From the IMG/VR virus record IMGVR_UViG_3300037991_000616, positions 1 to 32,616 of that record: a stretch of 32,616 nucleotides of DNA. One strand, given 5' to 3'. Made by a program: the position numbers and the translations under genes. This DNA is from a virus. Its lineage: Duplodnaviria; Caudoviricetes. Below are positions 8,940-14,572 of this stretch, piece after piece; the first letter of the stretch is position 1; each line of letters begins with the position of its first letter. The notes beneath the pieces were generated by a model, which had not been told where the DNA came from, ran no database searches, and saw only the letters and a list, made by a program, of their open reading frames with translations.

Positions 8940-9598
8940 TTCTTATCCTCGATAGCTTCAGGTTGCCATTGTAAAATATTTTTAAGACGATCTGTATTCG
9001 TACCTTCTTTTGGTGCAACGTCTTCGATCTCATCATCCCACCGTTCACCATTTAACCATGTAGTCGGATGAGGTATGAATTGTTTTTCTTTGTCTTCCAT
9101 AACTTTAACAAACTTATGAAGAGCAACCAATATGACAGAAGCTTCTTCCTTTTCACAAGCTTTCTTGAAAGCCAAACGAGCATGACCCTTGCCAACTTTT
9201 CTTGGATACAACTCCCAGAACTCATCGAAGGGTAGTGTCTGTGAGACACCCGAAGGATGTATATAGTCTATTATATCTATAACTTTATTACCTTTGTGTG
9301 TCTGTGTGACACTATTCTTTTTCATTTCAGATTCCTTTACTATTGAAAATTGGTACAGTGATGGTCGACCTTTGCCGCCACTGTGCCTGATTATAATTTC
9401 ATTTTCTACTAACCAGTTGATAGATCGAATGACTGAAGACCTGCTCATGCAGGATAGCTTAGTTATCCGCTCGATGCTTGGGTAACAGACACCGTATAAG
9501 TCTGTATGATCCGCTAAGATCAGTAATATTATTTTGATCTGAGCATTTGGGACTTGCCAAGACATCACTTCATCTAGTAAGATCCCACTATAACTCAT
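8936..9598 (-). CDS. Replication initiator (N-terminal HTH, lambda O-like organisation)
   Basis: LILADH...CYPSIERIT...SRSSVIRSI winged HTH; C-terminal FDEFWELYPRKVGK and FIPHPTTWLNGERWDDE. Confidence 0.88.
   Translation of the reverse strand: MSYSGILLDEVMSWQVPNAQIKIILLILADHTDLYGVCYPSIERITKLSCMSRSSVIRSINWLVENEIIIRHSGGKGRPSLYQFSIVKESEMKKNSVTQTHKGNKVIDIIDYIHPSGVSQTLPFDEFWELYPRKVGKGHARLAFKKACEKEEASVILVALHKFVKVMEDKEKQFIPHPTTWLNGERWDDEIEDVAPKEGTNTDRLKNILQWQPEAIEDKK
9235..9312. other. Putative replication origin: two palindromic 15-bp iterons around an AT-rich spacer
   Basis: GTGTCTGTGAGACAC (9235-9249) and GTGTCTGTGTGACAC (9298-9312), 63 bp apart, in the linker-coding part of the initiator gene. 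Confidence 0.7.
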
Positions 9599-9611
9599 GT
9601 GGTTTATGCAT
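9588..9611 (-). CDS. Putative leader peptide MHKPHEL overlapping the rep start
   Basis: AGGAGGAG (9619-9626) lies 7 nt before ATG 9611; stop TAG at 9588-9590. The rep ATG at 9598 is in another frame and has no SD of its own. Confidence 0.5.
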   Translation of the reverse strand: MHKPHEL

Positions 9612-9625
9612 AGTTATACTCCTCC

Positions 9626-9692
9626 TGTAATCCCTGCTTAGGATTGCAATATATCGACTGACCCCTAGGCTACCACACCTAGGGGTTTTTTT
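9626..9692 (+). ncRNA. Putative short antisense RNA to the rep leader
   Basis: TATACT at 9615-9620, then hairpin TGTAATCC/GGATTGCA, then a terminator on the strand opposite to the genes. Confidence 0.4.
9661..9692 (+). terminator. Rho-independent terminator, antisense to flanking genes
   Basis: ACCCCTAGG-ctaccaca-CCTAGGGGT followed by a T run. Confidence 0.75.
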
Positions 9693-9934
9693 CAATCAAC
9701 TAAGATTGCATTAATCTTATCATTTGACATCCAATATTCTTTGATGCGTTTACCTGAATCTGTTTTGATCCACTGGCTTTCGATTGGAAATCCAGTCTCT
9801 TTGATATCACAGATTCTTCTGGGTAAACACCAACACCCAAACTTATTGAGTGCTACCATACCAGTAATAGTATTACCTTCTTCGAGGAACTTTTTAATCA
9901 TCTTGTTTTGCGCTTCTTGCATTACTCTCTCCAA
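9692..9934 (-). CDS. Winged-helix DNA-binding protein (HTH_39-like)
   Basis: ITGMVALNKFGCWCLPRRICDIKETGFPI pattern. Confidence 0.75.
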   Translation of the reverse strand: MERVMQEAQNKMIKKFLEEGNTITGMVALNKFGCWCLPRRICDIKETGFPIESQWIKTDSGKRIKEYWMSNDKINAILVD

Positions 9935-10238
9935 CTAATTCTGCAAACAACTCATCAGGCATGATGACAATCGTTTGCGGTTTGCCACTGCGTCTTTTGT
10001 AGAACGCAATGTCTCTATTATCCAAGACTGTAAACGGACTTGGAAAATTTGATTTATCTCTGTACTTAACTTCACCTACCACATGTCGTCCGACCAATGT
10101 GAGGTGGATATCTCCTGACCATTCTCCTCCAAGTGATCCTGAGAGCGGAACTCTTTTTGCTTGGATGCCTTGGTCGTTGAGCCACTCGGTAATTTTTCTT
10201 TCGTGGTAACTGCCTTTAGACTTATTTTTGTTTCCCAT
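9894..10238 (-). CDS. Hjc-like Holliday junction resolvase (PD-(D/E)xK)
   Basis: KGSYHER, RVPLSGS, GDI and EVKYR motifs. Confidence 0.82.
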   Translation of the reverse strand: MGNKNKSKGSYHERKITEWLNDQGIQAKRVPLSGSLGGEWSGDIHLTLVGRHVVGEVKYRDKSNFPSPFTVLDNRDIAFYKRRSGKPQTIVIMPDELFAELVGESNARSAKQDD

Positions 10239-10402
10239 GTGTCATCCTCATAACAACTCATACACACTGTATGATAAGTTGCTTTTTTTATTGATGCTAA
10301 AATTTGTACAAAATATTCTACCTTGTTACCACACGCATCGCATTTATGGTAAGTTTTATTAAGAATCTTTCGAGCGGATTTCGATCTTACAGCCAAGTGC
10401 AT
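10076..10402 (-). CDS. Zinc-binding hypothetical protein
   Basis: CDAC...CMSC. It fills the gap between the HTH and resolvase genes, and its low-complexity tail overlaps the resolvase gene. Confidence 0.55.
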   Translation of the reverse strand: MHLAVRSKSARKILNKTYHKCDACGNKVEYFVQILASIKKATYHTVCMSCYEDDTWETKISLKAVTTKEKLPSGSTTKASKQKEFRSQDHLEENGQEISTSHWSDDMW

Positions 10403-10607
10403 CTAGCCAACACGTCAACATGAAACCAGATGGCACACGTTTGTATTGCTCCCATTTGTGAATCAAAGATGAAGCGCACCCCACACGATCAGCTAATTTT
10501 TCTTGTGAGTATCCAAGTTCATTTCTCTTTTGCACTAACTGATCTACCAGATCTGCGTAACTGTCGGTCACTTTCGTTTCAGTTACATAGTGTGAGAAGT
10601 TTGTCAT
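10359..10607 (-). CDS. XRE/Cro-family HTH regulator
   Basis: KRNELGYSQEKLADRVGCASSLIHKWEQYKRVPS. Confidence 0.88.
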   Translation of the reverse strand: MTNFSHYVTETKVTDSYADLVDQLVQKRNELGYSQEKLADRVGCASSLIHKWEQYKRVPSGFMLTCWLDALGCKIEIRSKDS

Positions 10608-10822
10608 AACACACGCTTGTCTTTGCGTTTACATTTACCTGTTTTAATTATTTCAATCATGTTGGCTATCTTCAAAGATGTATCATACGATAGCTGGGTA
10701 TCACCTTTGAGAGTTCGATAATAAGTTGAGCTAGGGATACCTGCTCGATGAAATATTTTCTTCAGAGGTATCTCTAGCTCACTGCTCATTGCCTTCAACT
10801 GCTCGAAATAATTTATTAGCAT
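10604..10822 (-). CDS. HTH regulator, probably leaderless
   Basis: LKKIFHRAGIPSSTYYRTLKG is an HTH. ATG 10822 lies just after a promoter-like element and has no SD. Confidence 0.75.
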   Translation of the reverse strand: MLINYFEQLKAMSSELEIPLKKIFHRAGIPSSTYYRTLKGDTQLSYDTSLKIANMIEIIKTGKCKRKDKRVL

Positions 10823-10824
10823 AC

Positions 10825-10858
10825 TGCATTTATGCAACAGGCCTTTTTATTTTGTCAA
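10825..10858 (-). promoter_or_regulatory. Sigma70-like promoter overlapped by a palindrome
   Basis: TTGACA (10858-10853), then GCATAAAT 17 nt later. TGCATTTATGCA palindrome at 10825-10836. Confidence 0.55.
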
Positions 10859-11040
10859 TGGTCTCCCCATTCATCATCGATCAGAGCCAACACCTCACCA
10901 CTGCCATCACAGTTATCGCAGTCTGCTCGGTACTCTTCCAGTTCACCGATGTCGCTTGCGCTAAATCGTTTTACTGGTCGCTCATAATAGTTGAAGCCAT
11001 CACCCTCACATTCAGGGCAGGTTACATATTCATCACCCAT
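10855..11040 (-). CDS. Small DnaJ-type zinc finger protein
   Basis: CPECEGDG and CDNCDGSG (two CxxCxGxG). Confidence 0.8.
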   Translation of the reverse strand: MGDEYVTCPECEGDGFNYYERPVKRFSASDIGELEEYRADCDNCDGSGEVLALIDDEWGDH

Positions 11041-11393
11041 TAATCCATCCTCGTAGCATAATGTGTATCACCATCAGGTATACCCATCACAGAGTATGGA
11101 TAGAAATATACCTGACCTTCACGCGTATCCCATGTCATGTAAGGATACATTGGTTCATCTTCTGGATATCGATAGACGCCTTCGCTATCTATTTCACCAC
11201 CCATAGGTCGTTCTTTGATACCCATACCTGCTCGAGCCTTATAACATTTATCAAGGTGATCGAGCAAAGATTCATCACTACCCATTGCATGGTGTAGATT
11301 CCATTGCACAACCCAGAGTGGAATGTATCCACCCCAAGCCATAAGATCATTGGTACTCATCTTGTACCGTTTTTTATTATAAGTGATTTGCAT
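11040..11393 (-). CDS. Hypothetical early protein
   Basis: AGGAG lies 7 nt before ATG 11393 (MQITY...); 117 aa. Confidence 0.75.
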   Translation of the reverse strand: MQITYNKKRYKMSTNDLMAWGGYIPLWVVQWNLHHAMGSDESLLDHLDKCYKARAGMGIKERPMGGEIDSEGVYRYPEDEPMYPYMTWDTREGQVYFYPYSVMGIPDGDTHYATRMD

Positions 11394-11406
11394 AATTGCA
11401 CTCCTC

Positions 11407-11622
11407 TCAATAAGGGATTTCATCACGACAGGTAAACCTTTCGCTATCAATAAATGCTTTATCCCAAGCTAACTTAGCCCTACGTTTGAATTTATCTGAG
11501 TCAAACCTAGGATTCTTTGAGGCGATTCTCACCGCCTCAGTAAGAGCGTCTAGCTGATAGACATCACACAATGGTGCAATTTCATTAGCTATAAACTCAA
11601 AATGTTGTCTAGTTAATTTCAT
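11407..11622 (-). CDS. Hypothetical early protein
   Basis: MKLTRQHFEFIA...NPRFDSDKF; GGAG SD. Confidence 0.75.
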   Translation of the reverse strand: MKLTRQHFEFIANEIAPLCDVYQLDALTEAVRIASKNPRFDSDKFKRRAKLAWDKAFIDSERFTCRDEIPY

Positions 11623-11914
11623 TTTTAGATACTCCCATTAACTCATGAAGTTTAGCTGGCGCACCATGTTCTTCAACATGGCCGACATACTCGCGCAATG
11701 AATCGCGCAAGTCTAACAATGCCTCAATCAATTCACCAGCATTTGATTTGGTCAAAGGCATTGGAACAGTTGTAGTTAAATGTTCACCTTTACCTTTAGG
11801 TGATTCACCATCGATCTTAAGTTTCTTAACTTTAAGATCAAAGATTTCAGCAGCCACATCATTCAGCTTCCAAAGCTGTTTGACTGTTACTGGTTGGTTA
11901 TCTCTATCGTACAT
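11609..11914 (-). CDS. Hypothetical early protein
   Basis: AGGAGG SD; 101 aa. Confidence 0.75.
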   Translation of the reverse strand: MYDRDNQPVTVKQLWKLNDVAAEIFDLKVKKLKIDGESPKGKGEHLTTTVPMPLTKSNAGELIEALLDLRDSLREYVGHVEEHGAPAKLHELMGVSKNEIN

Positions 11915-11924
11915 AGCTTTCCTC

Positions 11925-12185
11925 CTAGTCTATGGTTGAAGTGATAGTAATATTGTATCGAATATAATCATCGATCATATCATTGATTGCAGATTCATGC
12001 TCACCTAAATCAAACTCTGATAAAGAATGCATTTCAGATTCTTTGAAGCCATCAAGTTTAGCATCAATCATCTTTTCAATCTGTGGTTTGAGTAGTTCGA
12101 ACAAGACTACTGCTAGTCTTGATTCTCTTACTGATAATACTTCAGTCGTGTTTTGGTCAGCCACCGCTGTTTCTTGGTCTTGCAT
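11925..12185 (-). CDS. Acidic hypothetical early protein (86 aa)
   Basis: AGGAG SD before ATG 12185 (MQDQE...). The longer start in the ORF track overlaps the promoter. Confidence 0.75.
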   Translation of the reverse strand: MQDQETAVADQNTTEVLSVRESRLAVVLFELLKPQIEKMIDAKLDGFKESEMHSLSEFDLGEHESAINDMIDDYIRYNITITSTID

Positions 12186-12209
12186 ATTTTTACTCCTGTT
12201 ATAAAACAA

Positions 12210-12238
12210 TTTATACAATTCATTGATGAGAAAGTCAA
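12210..12238 (-). promoter_or_regulatory. Strong sigma70-type early promoter
   Basis: TTGACT (12238-12233), 17 nt, TATAAA (12215-12210). Confidence 0.8.
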
Positions 12239-12299
12239 ATTCATTTATGTCTTTCTCTACTTTATTTTGACACACACACTACCGCCCCACCCTCACTCT

Positions 12300-12535
12300 C
12301 AGTCGCAGGGTCAAGCTTGGTGCTAGTGTCTGTTCGATGAGCCAGTTGAAAGCTGATCCAACGGGCGCAAGCGTTGGTCGTCGTCTGGGCGCGAAAGCCC
12401 AGTCCGAAGGAAGAGACTGTGTCCGCCAGTCTGAGCAAAGCGAAGCCTGGCAACAGGCTCGGGTGATCCTTTATGCTAGGCTTCTCTTTACTCGGTGAAC
12501 TGGCAACTATCAGATAAGCGAGCGAAGCGAGCGAA
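12300..12535 (+). other. Structured non-coding element A (multi-hairpin; ssDNA signal or ncRNA)
   Basis: Closing stem 12307-12313/12464-12470 encloses at least six hairpins with GAA/GAAA/GCAA loops. G-T wobbles work on the + strand. Confidence 0.65.
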
Positions 12536-12577
12536 AAATTTTTTGGGGGCTGTTTTCACAACCCCCTCAAACTTTTC
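12532..12577 (-). terminator. Hairpin downstream of the orphan ORF (terminator or processing site)
   Basis: On the - strand GGGGGTTGT-GAAA-ACAGCCCCC, with no adjacent U tract; the stem can be extended imperfectly. Confidence 0.45.
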
Positions 12578-12591
12578 ATCTGCTTCTGATG

Positions 12592-13053
12592 TTATGAAGC
12601 TTTCGACAAGCTGTCCATCTCTGCGAGAGTGGAAGCTATGTCTTCTGGAATCTCTGCATCTGGCTGAGCTTTGATAGAAGTGTAAGACATGCCAAAATGC
12701 TTCTTGTAAGCTTTCTGCATCTTTGCAAGTTCTGATTCCATAACTCGCAAACCGAAAGCTTCCGCCTTCCATTTTGCCGCGCTAGCTTTGAGATTATTAG
12801 TTGATATCTCGTCACCTGTGTATTGCTTGCGGTATAGGTTAGCCCAGTAAGCCGCTTTAGCTTCTCTGTCAGCCTGTCTCGGAATCCAAAACTCAAGATC
12901 TTCGATCTCTCGCTGTAGCTTCCTGCGACAGTGATATTCTAAGCTATCAACATGACGCCAACCGTCTGTGCCGTCTGACATATTATCCTCAGTGAAATAT
13001 AACTCTGTAGGGTTTGTATAAGTTTCAACGATATGCTTAAAAAGATTTGTCAT
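12592..13053 (-). CDS. Orphan helical/coiled-coil protein (153 aa) between structured elements
   Basis: GGAG SD before ATG 13053 (MTNLFK...); no recognisable motif. Confidence 0.8.
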   Translation of the reverse strand: MTNLFKHIVETYTNPTELYFTEDNMSDGTDGWRHVDSLEYHCRRKLQREIEDLEFWIPRQADREAKAAYWANLYRKQYTGDEISTNNLKASAAKWKAEAFGLRVMESELAKMQKAYKKHFGMSYTSIKAQPDAEIPEDIASTLAEMDSLSKAS

Positions 13054-13087
13054 AATTTTATACTCCATGTTTTATAACTAACTTTCA

Positions 13088-13367
13088 ATTTGAACCGACC
13101 AAGGTAGGTCGGTTGAGTCTGTAAAAAATAACGAGCAAAAGCCACATGCGCGGCCTTAGTCCGCGCCAAGTAAACTGCAATGGCAATACCAGTGGCGACC
13201 GTTACAACCTCAATCGCGGAAGGTTCATATGCGCGGATGCCCTGCCCCTATCAGGCAGGTTAACAGCATCCGCAAAGGCAAAGGTGTATGAAAGCCGCTA
13301 TTGTTGTTGTAACTGATTTGCTCGATATTTATTACAAGTGAGACCGACCTACCGACTCGGCTCAAAT
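13088..13367. other. Structured non-coding element B (about 280-nt imperfect rod with a side branch)
   Basis: About eleven nested complementary segments, e.g. 13103-13113/13343-13353, 13132-13139/13317-13324, 13201-13208/13306-13313 and 13233-13240/13266-13273. Confidence 0.8.
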
Positions 13368-13386
13368 ATTCTATCTCTTTTTTTAT

Positions 13387-13577
13387 CTTGCCGCGCCCTT
13401 GCGCGGCTCCGTTAAAAGCGGTTTATGGGTGAGCGATAGCGAGGGGATTTACAAGACAAATCCCCTGAGCAAGTCGGTACTCACCGCCCACAGGCGGCGG
13501 AGACCCTAGTCTCCGTCTTTGATGAGTGACGCGGTTTCCGCAAAAAAGAGCGCGGCAAGGCCGCACAATAATTGCGG
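13387..13577. other. Structured non-coding element C (branched fold)
   Basis: Stems 13387-13396/13550-13559, 13428-13433/13480-13485, 13442-13450/13458-13466, plus GCGGAGAC/GTCTCCGT. Confidence 0.7.
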
Positions 13578-13590
13578 AAATGATCCATAA

Positions 13591-13628
13591 TGTGCGTTGA
13601 CAAAGGACTATTTTGGCGTGGTATAGAT
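13591..13628 (+). promoter_or_regulatory. Putative promoter for terS with TGTGCGTTG motif
   Basis: TGTGCG-TTGACA followed by TGGTATAGAT. Confidence 0.65.
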
Positions 13629-13667
13629 GGGGGGAGAGAGGGAGAGGGGGGCAGTAAGGAGTAACAG

Positions 13668-14045
13668 ATGACTAACTTAGTAGGAAAGAAACTGACGCCA
13701 AAACAGACACGTCTGGTTGATACGCTTGTAGCAACTGGATGCTCGATCAGACAAGCCGCAGCTGACGCTGGATACGCACAGGGTGAATCAGGAAGAGTCA
13801 GTGCAAGCAAAACGATACGGCTCCCACATGTGCAGCAGTATATGATGTCGCGTATCCAAGACCAGCTAGGCCTCAATGCTACGATGGCAGCAGCGAAGGT
13901 GATGACTCTAGCACAGGGCGCAAGATCAGAGCATGTACAGTTGGAAGCAGCCAAGGATATACTGGATCGAGCAGGGTTCAAGCCAATAGATAGAGCGCAG
14001 GTGCAGGTAGCTGGAGATATTAAGGTGAGCATAGACCTTGGCTGA
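13668..14045 (+). CDS. terS: Terminase small subunit
   Basis: LTPKQ...QAAADAGY HTH and AAKDILDRAGFK; AAGGAG SD; first gene of the late arm. Confidence 0.8.
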   Translation: MTNLVGKKLTPKQTRLVDTLVATGCSIRQAAADAGYAQGESGRVSASKTIRLPHVQQYMMSRIQDQLGLNATMAAAKVMTLAQGARSEHVQLEAAKDILDRAGFKPIDRAQVQVAGDIKVSIDLG

Positions 14046-14272
14046 TGGGATACGGAGTGCTACGCACACATATCTTGCTCGGAACGCACGACGCCACTCC
14101 GTGACGCTGTGCTGCTCGCGATACAGTTCCTGCGTAAGTGCTACTCAGAATTTAACGTAGACATGGGGGGCGGGTCAAAAACTAAACCATTAATCTTGCT
14201 AGTAGTCCACCGCAAACATTTTTTTTCAAAAAGTACGATGCAAAAAATATTTTTCTATGTTAAGGGTCGAAT

Positions 14273-14572
14273 ATGAGTTTACCGAGTCCAGATAAGATTA
14301 AGAGTTTATTAAAGCGAGTTGGCGTTAGTGGTGTTAACAAACCCAAGAGAACTCCTAATCATCCTACCAAGAGTCATGTTGTTGTGGCTAAAGATGGGAA
14401 TAAGGTACAGACAATTAGGTTTGGTCAACAAGGAGTAACTGGTGCTGGAAAGAATCCTCAGTCTGCAAAGGACAAAGCAAGGAAGAGAAGTTATTACGCT
14501 AGGCATAATGCACAAGATGCTAACCCTAGCAAGTTGAGTGCAAGGTATTGGTCTCATAAGGTGAAGTGGTAA
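14273..14572 (+). CDS. Small basic conserved phage protein
   Basis: KPKRTPNHPTKSHVV...IRFGQQG...SARYWSHKVKW. Confidence 0.8.
   Translation: MSLPSPDKIKSLLKRVGVSGVNKPKRTPNHPTKSHVVVAKDGNKVQTIRFGQQGVTGAGKNPQSAKDKARKRSYYARHNAQDANPSKLSARYWSHKVKW

Noticed and set aside
12300-13577. Retron msr/msd, tRNA, tmRNA or CRISPR array as the explanation for the folded elements
   Set aside because: No RT in the genome, no cloverleaf with T-loop and D-loop consensus, and no regularly spaced direct repeats.
13515-13585. Hammerhead ribozyme (TTGATGAG...GAAA)
   Set aside because: The core is not CUGANGA, and the stems do not give hammerhead topology.
13481-14032. 183-aa antisense ORF over terS, and ORFs 12262-12453 and 12488-12772
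   Set aside because: Shadow frames in GC-rich or structured DNA, with no SD and low-complexity translations.
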